Assembly: GCA_038046625.1 (NCBI GenBank) | Contig: JBBSVV010000003.1 | Span: 1-64,000, forward strand | From: an archaeon | GTDB taxonomy: Archaea > Iainarchaeota > Iainarchaeia > Iainarchaeales > Iainarchaeaceae | Length of the DNA stretch: 64,000 bases | Reading direction: 5' to 3' | Part shown: in pieces, positions 55,274-64,000 of the stretch | Layout of the letters: the number at the start of each line of letters is the position of its first letter | Numbering within the stretch: position 1 is the first letter of the stretch | Notes under the pieces: model-generated | Told to the model about the DNA's origin: nothing | The model's input: only the letters and a program-made list of their open reading frames with translations | Databases searched by the model: none | Position numbers and translations under genes: made by a program

Positions 55274-57190
55274 TCATTTCCTTTGCGCGGTTTCCTGCAT
55301 TACCCTTTCCGCGAACTTCTTTAAGGGTATGCCGAACTCGACTTTGCCTGTTCTGTCCCTTACTGCCACGGTTTTGGCTGTTTCTTCCTTTTCGCCCATA
55401 TTCACTATGTATGGCACCTTCTGCATCTGCGCCTCGCGCACTTTGAATGAAACGGTTTCTCCGCGCGCATCCAGTTCGCTCCTGATGCCCTGCGCAACAA
55501 GCTCATTATGAACCTTTTCCGCGTAAGAATTGTACTTTTCGCTCACTGAAATGACTCTTGCCTGCACGGGCGCCAACCAAACAGGAAATGCGCCCGCGTA
55601 ATGCTCTATCAATATTCCTATGAAGCGTTCCATTGAACCGAATATTGCGCGGTGAATCATTACTGGTTGCGCTTCCTTGTCCCTGCTGTCGATATACTTT
55701 ATTCCGAATTTTTCCGGCATCTGGAAATCCAATTGAACGGTTCCGAGCTGCCAGCTTCTTCCGAGAGAATCCTTGATGTGGAAATCTATTTTCGGGCCGT
55801 AGAATGCGCCATCCCCCTCATTGAGTTTGAATTCTTTTCCGCTCGCCTTCAAGGCATTTTTGAGCGCGGCTTCCGCCTTGTCCCACGTTTCCTTTGCACC
55901 CATTGCCTTTTCAGGCATCGTGCTCAGTTCAATGCGATACTCGAACCCAAATGTTTTGTAGTAATGTTCCGCCAGTTCAAGGGTGCCTTTCACTTCGCTT
56001 TCAATCTGTTCGGGCGTGCAGAAGATGTGCGCGTCGTCCTGCGTGAATTTTCTCACCCTGAAAAGCCCGTTCAGCACTCCTGATAATTCGTGCCTGTGCA
56101 CCAAGCCGAATTCCGCCATCCTTATGGGCAAATCCCTGTATGAGTGCCTTGCGTTCGCGTAAATAAGGATGTGGCCGGGGCAGTTCATGGGCTTTACAGC
56201 ATACTCTTCATCGTCTATTTTGGTGAAGTACATGTTGTCCTTGTAGTGGTCCCAGTGCCCGCTCTTGAGCCAGAGCTCTTTTTTGAGTATTATCGGCGCA
56301 ATCACTTCCTGATAGTTCCTTTTCTTCTGCTCCGTGCGCGCGAATTCCTGCAAGGTGTTCCACAATTGCGTTCCCTTTGCGTGGAAGAAAATCGTTCCCG
56401 GAGCCTCATCCTGCATCGAGAACAGATCGAGCTCCTTGCCGAGCTTCAAATGGTTTCTTTTTTCCGCTTCTTCCTTCTGCTTCAGGTATTCCTGCAGCAT
56501 TGATTCTTTTGGGAACGCTATCCCGTAAATTCTTTGGAGCGATTCCCTTTTCGAGTCCCCGCGCCAGTATGAAGCCGAGGTTTTCAGCAATTTTACCGCC
56601 TTGATTTTTTCCGTGTTGGAAACATGGCCGCCTTTGCACAAATCATAGAATTTTTCCTGCCTGTAAATGCTGAGCTTTTTTCCCGCTTCCGCGAATTCTT
56701 CTATGAGTTCCTGCTTGAACTTGTTCTGCGCGAATTTTTCCAATGCTTTTTTCTTGTCCACTTCCTCGCGCTCGATTTTCCTTTTCTCGGAAATAATCTG
56801 CATCATTTTCTTCTCGATTTTCGCAAGGTCTTCCGGAGTAAAATTTTTCTTCACGAAAAAATCGTAGTAGAATCCCTCTTCAATCGGCGGCCCTATTGTG
56901 GGCTTTGCATCCGGAAATAATGAAGTAACCGCTTCCGCGAGAACATGCGAGGCGGTGTGCCACAGGCTTTTTTTGCCTTCAATGTCTTCCCAAGTTAGGA
57001 TTGAGAATTTCCCGTTTTCTTTAATTGGCAAATCGAGTTCGATTATTTTTTCGCCGAGCTTTGCCGAGAGCGCTGCCTGTGCGAGCCTCGGGCCTATTTT
57101 TTCCGCGATTTTTTCCGCTGTGGTTCCGGCTGCAAATTTTTGCTTCGAGCCGTCCGGAAATTCGAGTGTAATTTCGGCCATTTCAACCAA
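55274..57190 (-). CDS. thrS: Threonine--tRNA ligase (bacterial-type architecture)
   Basis: TGS domain, HTASH, DLCKGGH, KPMNCPGH, FTQDDAH, AFYGPKID, IHRA. Confidence 0.97.
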   Translation of the reverse strand: MVEMAEITLEFPDGSKQKFAAGTTAEKIAEKIGPRLAQAALSAKLGEKIIELDLPIKENGKFSILTWEDIEGKKSLWHTASHVLAEAVTSLFPDAKPTIGPPIEEGFYYDFFVKKNFTPEDLAKIEKKMMQIISEKRKIEREEVDKKKALEKFAQNKFKQELIEEFAEAGKKLSIYRQEKFYDLCKGGHVSNTEKIKAVKLLKTSASYWRGDSKRESLQRIYGIAFPKESMLQEYLKQKEEAEKRNHLKLGKELDLFSMQDEAPGTIFFHAKGTQLWNTLQEFARTEQKKRNYQEVIAPIILKKELWLKSGHWDHYKDNMYFTKIDDEEYAVKPMNCPGHILIYANARHSYRDLPIRMAEFGLVHRHELSGVLNGLFRVRKFTQDDAHIFCTPEQIESEVKGTLELAEHYYKTFGFEYRIELSTMPEKAMGAKETWDKAEAALKNALKASGKEFKLNEGDGAFYGPKIDFHIKDSLGRSWQLGTVQLDFQMPEKFGIKYIDSRDKEAQPVMIHRAIFGSMERFIGILIEHYAGAFPVWLAPVQARVISVSEKYNSYAEKVHNELVAQGIRSELDARGETVSFKVREAQMQKVPYIVNMGEKEETAKTVAVRDRTGKVEFGIPLKKFAERVMQETAQRK

Positions 57191-57282
57191 ACTGATTTGT
57201 TGTGGGTAAAGAATAAGAAGGTTTTCTGCCGGAAAAACGGCGTTTTTTAAGTTATTTAAGACGTTTTGCGCTATTTTTCATT

Positions 57283-58542
57283 ATGAAAATCCAGATGGGT
57301 TCAGTGACTCCAAGCCCCGAGGTTTGCGTGCGCTGCAAGGGAAGGCTTTGGTGCGGGCCGAAATGCTTTATTTTGGAGAGATATGAAAAGAGGCAGTGGG
57401 CTGTTCATTCAGTTCAAAAGCGCGAGCTTCAGAGTGAATCTCCTCCCGGTGTTTTTGTGGGGTGGTATGGTTATCCCAAGATTACTTTGTCGCCGATGGC
57501 TCCTGCGCTTTCCCCTAAAGATTCTTGGATGACTGATGACACTGACAAATGGTTCGGGCTTTCAAGCGAAAAAATAATTGAGTTTAGGGAAAATTTGGTT
57601 CGCGGTTCAATGCCTGTTGAAGTGCATAAAGCAAGCGACCCTTCGTATCAAGTAAGCGAGATTCAGGAAACGCTTATGGCGAAGAAGTCTGTTGATATTG
57701 AAATGAAATTAAAATCAATTCCCACCGCGCGAGGCCTCTCGTTTTCCGATTTTCACGCTCCAATGGGGCCAAGTGCGGACCTTTCGGAATTCAGGATGAC
57801 TGAGAACCCGAGCATTAATCCTAAAATAGATTACTTGGTGTCCGACACCGATGTGAAGGCGAAGGATGCAATGGTCGAGTTGTTTGACGCAGAAGTGGGC
57901 GTAAACCAGTTGCACAAAATCCTGAGTGCGGGGATGCTCGGAGTGAAGAAGAACAGGAAGTTTGTTCCGACGCGTTTCGCAATAACTGCAATCGATTCAA
58001 ACTTATCTGAATATTTTATTGATGAAAAAATCAAATATTATCCGCATATTCAGGAATTCGAATTATATTCCTCTAATTATTTGGAAAACTATTTTTACAT
58101 TTTGTTGGTTCCGAAAGAATGGAGTTACGAACTTATGGAGGTTTGGAAACCAGGTGCATCCTGGAATATTGAATCCAAAGAACCGACTTTTATGACTGAT
58201 TACGAATTTTATGCTGGGAGAAAAGATTATGCTGAGAATACAGCCGGTGGTTACTACGCGGTCAGAATTGCTATTGCCGAGCAGTTGGAAAAAAGAAAGA
58301 AGCAAGCGACCGCATTAGTATTCAGAGAAATTGGTGATGCAGGGACGCCTGCGCTAGGCGTTTGGAAATGTCGTAATACAGTCAGAGCTGCCTTGGACAA
58401 GAAGCCGCTGACTTTTTCAACTGTCAATTTGGCCCTTGATTATATTGCCACAAAACTTACTGTTCCAATAAAATACTACAAAAAGAATAGTAAAATTCTG
58501 GATGTGCTTGCCCATCAAAGGACTTTGCTTGATTTTTCTTAA
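57283..58542 (+). CDS. nreA: Nre-family DNA repair protein
   Basis: CVRCKGRLWCG, SPPGVFVG..YP, VPTRFAITAID, GGYYA, terminal PIP box QRTLLDF. Confidence 0.9.
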   Translation: MKIQMGSVTPSPEVCVRCKGRLWCGPKCFILERYEKRQWAVHSVQKRELQSESPPGVFVGWYGYPKITLSPMAPALSPKDSWMTDDTDKWFGLSSEKIIEFRENLVRGSMPVEVHKASDPSYQVSEIQETLMAKKSVDIEMKLKSIPTARGLSFSDFHAPMGPSADLSEFRMTENPSINPKIDYLVSDTDVKAKDAMVELFDAEVGVNQLHKILSAGMLGVKKNRKFVPTRFAITAIDSNLSEYFIDEKIKYYPHIQEFELYSSNYLENYFYILLVPKEWSYELMEVWKPGASWNIESKEPTFMTDYEFYAGRKDYAENTAGGYYAVRIAIAEQLEKRKKQATALVFREIGDAGTPALGVWKCRNTVRAALDKKPLTFSTVNLALDYIATKLTVPIKYYKKNSKILDVLAHQRTLLDFS

Positions 58543-58595
58543 CTGTGAATTTTTCGGTCCGCAATCATTAAAAACTTCATAATAACTCTTACTTT

Positions 58596-59090
58596 ATGGC
58601 ACTGCCACAAAAACCCAGAAAAGGATTTGGCGACCGCGGCCTCATTATCTCAGGCAAAAGGCGCAAGGAAATAATGGAGTTGCGAAAAGAGGCTTTTGTG
58701 GAAATGTATAACAAGCCTCCGGGCAGTGTCACAATCAGGCATTTAGGCAGGGAAGACATATTCATCGGAAGGACAAACTCCGGGACTGTTGTGCTTAATC
58801 ATGGTCAAGTCGAAGAATTCAAGGCGCATTTTGGCCAGCTCAAGAAGCGCCCAAGTCTGCCAGATAGGGTGAAAGCCAATGAAATAGCGCTCAAAGCCCC
58901 TATAGGAAAAATAATTTTTTTTAGCGGCGGGGTATTGGTCAGGGCCAAAAATGGCGGAGTATCCGCCTTCTCCGAAGCCCTTTCTAATGAATTGGCGCGG
59001 TTTATGGCTGCTTCAGGAGAGATAACGTTTTCGTATTCCGGCTGGGTGTTTGAAAAGCGTCTCGACGGAATTTACTTCCTGGAAGATTGA
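58596..59090 (+). CDS. Hypothetical protein
   Basis: 164-aa ORF, no motif recognised. Confidence 0.6.
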   Translation: MALPQKPRKGFGDRGLIISGKRRKEIMELRKEAFVEMYNKPPGSVTIRHLGREDIFIGRTNSGTVVLNHGQVEEFKAHFGQLKKRPSLPDRVKANEIALKAPIGKIIFFSGGVLVRAKNGGVSAFSEALSNELARFMAASGEITFSYSGWVFEKRLDGIYFLED

Positions 59091-59106
59091 GTTCTTGATT
59101 CGTTCT

Positions 59107-60075
59107 TTACTTCTTGTATTTGGTGAACTGCGCGAGCAGCGCCTCAAGTTGCACGCGCTCGTTTGCGCCCTCGACCATTCTGAAGTTGTATTCTCCGATT
59201 GTGTCAATCAGCTCTATTTTTGTTTTTCCGGGGACTTCCTTCTCGTCCATCGCAATCAGTTCGCGGTGCAGCTGTGTAATCACGTCCTCGCCGCTCATGC
59301 CGTATTCGTAAAGCAGTTTATCGAGCAATGCCCGCGCTTCGAGGAATTTTCCGCTCAAGGCAACTTTGATGAGTTCCTTGACTTCATCCGGCCTCGCTTT
59401 TGCGCTGACCTCGTAGATTGTTTTGTCCGTGATTTTGTGGGCTGTTGTTGCCGAGGCCTGGAGCACGTTGATTGCTTTTCTCAAATCCCCTTGGCTCACG
59501 TAAATTATTGCCTCAATCGCTTCATTGCTCAAATCTATTTTTTCGTTTTCGGCAACCCCTTTCACGCGCTCGCCGATGTCCTTTGAGGAGAGCTGGTTGA
59601 ACCTGAAAATGACGCACCTCGATTGTATCGGTTCAATGAGCTTGCTCGAAAAGTTGCAACTGAGTATGAACCTGCACGTGCGTGAGTACATTTCCATTGT
59701 CCTTCTCAGTGCTTGCTGTGCGTCAAAGGTTAGCGCGTCGCTTTCGTCCAGAAAGATTATTTTGAACCCGAAGTTGAATGCGAGTGTTCGCGCAAAGTTT
59801 TTGATGGTGTCCCTGACCACGTCAATGCCCCTTTCATCGCTGGCGTTCAGTTCCAAAAAATTCTGGGAAAAATTTTCCTTGAAGAATTCCTTGGCCATGG
59901 AAACAGCCGCGGAGGTTTTGCCTACTCCCGCGGGTCCTGAAAACATGAGGTTCGGCATCGTGTTGTTCTGCACGTAGGTTTGCAGCCTTTGCGTGATGTT
60001 TTTCTGCCCCACCACCTCGCTCAGTTTTTTTGGCCTGTATTTTTCAATCCAGGGGAGCTCTATGCCTACGTCCAT
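59107..60075 (-). CDS. rfcS: Replication factor C small subunit
   Basis: WIEKYRP, GPAGVGKT, LNASDERGID, LDESD, IQSRC. Confidence 0.96.
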   Translation of the reverse strand: MDVGIELPWIEKYRPKKLSEVVGQKNITQRLQTYVQNNTMPNLMFSGPAGVGKTSAAVSMAKEFFKENFSQNFLELNASDERGIDVVRDTIKNFARTLAFNFGFKIIFLDESDALTFDAQQALRRTMEMYSRTCRFILSCNFSSKLIEPIQSRCVIFRFNQLSSKDIGERVKGVAENEKIDLSNEAIEAIIYVSQGDLRKAINVLQASATTAHKITDKTIYEVSAKARPDEVKELIKVALSGKFLEARALLDKLLYEYGMSGEDVITQLHRELIAMDEKEVPGKTKIELIDTIGEYNFRMVEGANERVQLEALLAQFTKYKK

Positions 60076-60135
60076 TATTGGATGTGAAATCATAATAGTT
60101 TTAAACCGATTCGCACCCCTTTTAGTAGGTTTTTC

Positions 60136-60657
60136 ATGGATTCGAAGCACCTAAAGGTTTTGTTTGTTTTCGCGCTTGTGTATGCCGCGCTTTATGCGCT
60201 TGGAATGATAATCGGGCCCCTGCAGGACTGGAATTTTTCCCTTGATTTTTCGAGGCTTGATTACACGCTTTACTTCCTGCCGATTGCTGGGTTCTTTTTT
60301 GTGTATTTGCTGGTCCCATGGATGCGCGAGGAGCTCGGCTTTGGAAACACCTTCCTGTACATTTTTCCGGCGCTTTTAGCGGTCTTTTCCTACATTGCTT
60401 TTGTGGTTGCGGTTTACTATTATTTCGGGAACCAGGCCTCGCTTTCCGGGGTCGACATTTCGGTTTTCCGCCTGGATTATTTTTCGCTTTTCCTCCAGTC
60501 CTCTTACATTTACTTTGTGCTTGCCGGAATAGGCGGCTGGGCCGCGCGCATGCTGATTGAGAATTTCGATGAAATGCCCAAGGAAAAAGGTTCGGGGAAA
60601 AAATCCCGCGGCGAAGGCGGGCACGAAATCAGCTCGAAACTTATTACAGGTGATTAA
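60136..60657 (+). CDS. Hypothetical membrane protein
   Basis: Four hydrophobic segments. Confidence 0.75.
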   Translation: MDSKHLKVLFVFALVYAALYALGMIIGPLQDWNFSLDFSRLDYTLYFLPIAGFFFVYLLVPWMREELGFGNTFLYIFPALLAVFSYIAFVVAVYYYFGNQASLSGVDISVFRLDYFSLFLQSSYIYFVLAGIGGWAARMLIENFDEMPKEKGSGKKSRGEGGHEISSKLITGD

Positions 60658-60660
60658 CCC

Positions 60661-61950
60661 ATGAGAATTCACGTGGAGGGCTATGGCTGTTCCATGAATC
60701 TCGCGGAAACCGAGATGATTCGCGGCCACGCGAAGGAAAACGGCGCCTCTATTGGCTCTGTTTCGGATTCTGATTTTCTTGTTGTGAACACTTGCGCTGT
60801 GAAGGAGCAGACCGAATTCAAGATGTTGGGCAGGATACGCAAACTCAATCAGGCCGCGGAAAAAAATGGTTCGCAGCTCATTGTTTTCGGGTGCCTGCCG
60901 AAAGTCAGCCCGCATCTGATAGAGGGGATCTCGCCCAACATAATCCAAATGGGCCCGGACCTTGAAAAGCTTTCCCAGGTTCTCGGAATAAAGGAGGCGC
61001 CTTTCTCGCCTTCAATCAATGCTTTGCGTGACAATCCTAACGTAACCATAATGCCGATAAACAGGGGCTGCACAAATTTCTGCACTTTCTGCGGCACCAA
61101 GTTCGCGAGGGGCAACGTGAATAGCTTTCCCATTGAGCATTTGAAGCGGCGTTTTGTTTCTTCGCTTCCTGATTCAAGGGAATTCTGGCTCACGAGCCAG
61201 GACACGGGCGCCTATGGCCTTGACATTGGAACCTCGCTCCCTGAATTGCTGCGCGGGCTTCTCTTGGTTCAGGGCGAGTACAGGATAAGGATAGGGATGA
61301 TGAATCCGCATCACCTGAGGCGCATTTATGATTCGCTTGTGCCGCTTTTTTCCGATGGCCGCGTTTACAGGTTCCTGCACGTTCCGTTGCAGGCGGGCTC
61401 CAACAGGATACTTGCCTTGATGCGGCGCGGCTACACTGTTGAACAGTACTATGAACTAATTGGGGATCTTCGCAGGGATGTTCCGGACATTACCATTGCT
61501 ACGGATGTGATTGCGGGCTTTCCAACGGAAACGGAGGCGGAATTTTCTGAAACCCTGAAGGCAATAAAGGAAACCTCGCCGGATATCGTGAACATTTCCA
61601 GGTTCGGCGCGAGGCCCGGAACAATTGCTGCTTCGATGGATGGGCAGCTGCACGGCCGCATAAAGAAGGAGCGGAGCAGGAGGCTTGCCTCGCTGTGCAG
61701 GGCAATTTCTTTCAGGCAGAACGGGCGCATGCTCGGCAAAACTGAAAGGGTTTTTGTGAGCGAGGAAGGGGTAAAGGGCAGGTTTATGGGCAGGTCCTCA
61801 AACTACAAGCCCGTAATCATAAGCGAGGATTTAAGGGGCAAATTTGCTGATGTGGAGATAACCTCGGTTTTTCCCACTTACCTCGAGGCGAAGGTAATTT
61901 CAGCCGAAAGGGAAAAGCCTGTTCTCAGGGGCTTGTTGGCTGCCAAATGA
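60661..61950 (+). CDS. tRNA methylthiotransferase (MtaB/MiaB-like radical SAM)
   Basis: GCSMN, NTCAVK, GCTNFCTFC, IRIGMMNP, TRAM-like end. Confidence 0.9.
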   Translation: MRIHVEGYGCSMNLAETEMIRGHAKENGASIGSVSDSDFLVVNTCAVKEQTEFKMLGRIRKLNQAAEKNGSQLIVFGCLPKVSPHLIEGISPNIIQMGPDLEKLSQVLGIKEAPFSPSINALRDNPNVTIMPINRGCTNFCTFCGTKFARGNVNSFPIEHLKRRFVSSLPDSREFWLTSQDTGAYGLDIGTSLPELLRGLLLVQGEYRIRIGMMNPHHLRRIYDSLVPLFSDGRVYRFLHVPLQAGSNRILALMRRGYTVEQYYELIGDLRRDVPDITIATDVIAGFPTETEAEFSETLKAIKETSPDIVNISRFGARPGTIAASMDGQLHGRIKKERSRRLASLCRAISFRQNGRMLGKTERVFVSEEGVKGRFMGRSSNYKPVIISEDLRGKFADVEITSVFPTYLEAKVISAEREKPVLRGLLAAK

Positions 61951-62085
61951 GCAAATATGCTATAATTTTAGCCTTAAGGATTTATGAGGCATCAATGATG
62001 CCTCGGCAACCGCTCCTTCAACGAATTGAACAATGGGAGAAAAGGCCGCAAATATTCATTTGTTCAATTCGTTGCCGGCGAGCAC

Positions 62086-62135
62086 CCTTCCAGAACGGAG
62101 TTCTGGGGGCCTCGCAAAGCAATTGCTTTGCAAGG
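62086..62135 (+). repeat. Repeat family C copy
   Basis: cctt-[ccagaac gga gttctgg]-gggcctc-[gcaaagc aatt gctttgc]-aagg. Confidence 0.7.
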
Positions 62136-62193
62136 TGGCCGGGGTGAATGTTTTTAATATCTTCCAAATACACGTATTTCAGGGTTTATTGGC

Positions 62194-62943
62194 ATGGATT
62201 TGCGCGGAGCATTGAACAGGTATCTGAAGAATTTTTCCACTGCATTTTCTTTCGTTTTGCTTTTGGTGTTCGTTCTTCCATTCATTCTTGGCAAGGAGGG
62301 CGAGTTTCTTGCGAGTTCCTTTGTTTCCTCGGCAACCGTTTTCATTGACTATGGGTTCATCAACGAGCCGCTTCTTAACTCGGCCCTTCTTCTCGCGCTG
62401 GCGTTTGTTTTCCTTTTCTGCTACTCCGTGCTTGTCTGCCTAATGGTTCTTGCGGTGAGAGGCGATTTGAGCAACGTGAAGATGAATAATTACCTCGCGG
62501 AAAAAATCGGGAAGTTCGCTTTCAGGTACTTCAGGTTCCTCGCGCTCTTCACGATTATTGCGTCCATTGCGGGGGCAATTCTCATTGCTTACGGTCTGCC
62601 TATCTGGGTGCTGAATTTGCTGCTGATGTTTTTGTCGGCTTCGTTCCTTTTCTTGCCCCAGACAATCGTGGTTGATGAGGAAAGCCTGGGCAGCTCCATT
62701 TTCAGGAACTGGGACTTCATTTCGAAGAACATGTTTTCTTTTGTGCAGGTCCTGGCCCTCGGAGTCGTGAGCCTGTTCCTGCTCCAGCTCATAGAATTTG
62801 CCCTTGATTACTTCTTTTTTGTCGGGAGCTTCGTTTCCCTGCTCATCGGGGTTGTTTTCCTCGTGCCTTTCATCGAGGTGGTGAAGACACAGATTTACAT
62901 GCACCGGTTCGGCCTGATCAAGAGCTATCATCCTTCAGGCTGA
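62194..62943 (+). CDS. Hypothetical multi-pass membrane protein
   Basis: About six hydrophobic segments. Confidence 0.75.
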   Translation: MDLRGALNRYLKNFSTAFSFVLLLVFVLPFILGKEGEFLASSFVSSATVFIDYGFINEPLLNSALLLALAFVFLFCYSVLVCLMVLAVRGDLSNVKMNNYLAEKIGKFAFRYFRFLALFTIIASIAGAILIAYGLPIWVLNLLLMFLSASFLFLPQTIVVDEESLGSSIFRNWDFISKNMFSFVQVLALGVVSLFLLQLIEFALDYFFFVGSFVSLLIGVVFLVPFIEVVKTQIYMHRFGLIKSYHPSG

Positions 62944-64000
62944 GCTTTACGGCCGGGCAGTCGTTCAGCAATTCAAGCGCCTCCTTCATTGTTTCGGCCA
63001 CGTAAACAAACCCGTATTTTCTCTTTTGCCTTGTGCCCCTCATGCTGAACAGCATTTCCTGCACCAGTTTTCTGTCCTCGTGCAGGCCGAACCTGCGTTC
63101 GGCTTCAGGTTCCGGCATTTCCATTGCGGCCAGGTTGTGCCTGTGAATCAGCGCAATTATGTCGTCCGCGAGCTTCGGCGCGTCCGCAACGCCCATTGTT
63201 TCGGCGCAGCGCTTTATTCCGGCAAGGCTTACAGCGCCAAGGCTTTTCAGGAGCATCCATTCCTCGAAGTAAGGCCTTGCCTTCAGCCCCTCCTTTTTCT
63301 TTTCGCATAATCCTGAAATTTTTTCCGCAATAATCTCCAGCCTTTCAATGAAGCGCTCCTCGTTTCCTGATTCCAAAGCTATTTTTTCCAGGTTTATTGC
63401 GGTGAGCTGAAGTACGCCGTCCGCGTTCCCGGTCAATACTCCAAACTGGTACGCGGTGGTTTTTTCGCTTGAGTTGTTCAGCACCAGTGCGTTGTTGAGG
63501 CCGCTTTTTTCGAGCAGCTTGAGCTGGTACTTGGAGTCGATTGATACGCTAAGTTCGAACTCTTCCGGGTTCGAGGAAAGCAGCATTGCCGCAATGGCAG
63601 TCGCGTTCTCCTTTCTCTTTGAAAGGCCTTCCCATTCGTAGCCGCTGAAGAGCGCAAGTTCGGCGCAGCGCTTCCCCGTAATAGAGAATATTTTTTCTGT
63701 CTCCAAGATTTCTTCGCGGAGTTTCCTCGGGTTCACGGGCTTTTCCGGCGCGATGGAAAAATTGAATGCCTTCAGCGTAACCGGGTTCGTGCAGAACCTG
63801 TCGAGTTTTGCGGCCTCGACAGGCGTCGCATAAGTTTTTTCCCCTGCAAAGAATTTCGAGTGCGCAAAAGTTTTCGTGGAAAAATCTTCGGCACCGTAAA
63901 TGTGTATCGTGCCGTTGAAATGCAGTTCCCTCGCGTCCTTTGTTATGGCTGAGAGCCAGTTGTACTCCCTGAGTATTTCCCTGTCCTCGAACAATCCTGC
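62918..64000 (-). CDS. Partial ORF; degenerate NrdD-like (class III ribonucleotide reductase fold) protein
   Basis: ARELHFNGTIHI, AINLEKIALES..F..RL, PEAERRF resemble NrdD segments; 5' end probably outside window. Confidence 0.45.
   Translation of the reverse strand, partial: AGLFEDREILREYNWLSAITKDARELHFNGTIHIYGAEDFSTKTFAHSKFFAGEKTYATPVEAAKLDRFCTNPVTLKAFNFSIAPEKPVNPRKLREEILETEKIFSITGKRCAELALFSGYEWEGLSKRKENATAIAAMLLSSNPEEFELSVSIDSKYQLKLLEKSGLNNALVLNNSSEKTTAYQFGVLTGNADGVLQLTAINLEKIALESGNEERFIERLEIIAEKISGLCEKKKEGLKARPYFEEWMLLKSLGAVSLAGIKRCAETMGVADAPKLADDIIALIHRHNLAAMEMPEPEAERRFGLHEDRKLVQEMLFSMRGTRQKRKYGFVYVAETMKEALELLNDCPAVKLSLKDDSS

Noticed and set aside
1..64000. Provirus, IS transposase, integrase, retron/DGR or rRNA
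   Set aside because: No integrase, transposase, reverse transcriptase, capsid or rRNA signature recognised.

Overview
Gene-dense archaeal chromosome segment; gene content (Rpo6, S17e, S19e, aEF-1beta, Rpp21, Hjc, NurA/HerA/Rad50, Pelota, Elp3, Taw3, archaeal CCA enzyme, class III signal-peptide pilins) and many short orphans suggest a DPANN-type archaeon (inference). It carries housekeeping genes, four tRNAs (Gly-TCC, Gly-GCC, Val-TAC, Arg-TCG), a type IV pilus locus, two toxin-antitoxin pairs and two LAGLIDADG-type inteins. Most notable: (1) two free-standing LAGLIDADG endonuclease genes whose reading frames both run into, and stop inside, the D-arm of the downstream same-strand tRNA; one is preceded by an orphan tRNA 5' half that is complementary to a ribosome-binding site. 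(2) Three cases of an orphan, diverged 5' stub (pth2, rli, tRNA-Arg) upstream of inserted DNA and the intact gene. (3) Three dispersed modular hairpin repeat families, one of which lies in frame within coding sequences. (4) Two apparent pseudo-enzymes (PolB-like, NrdD-like). All calls are by-eye motif recognition; no searches were run.
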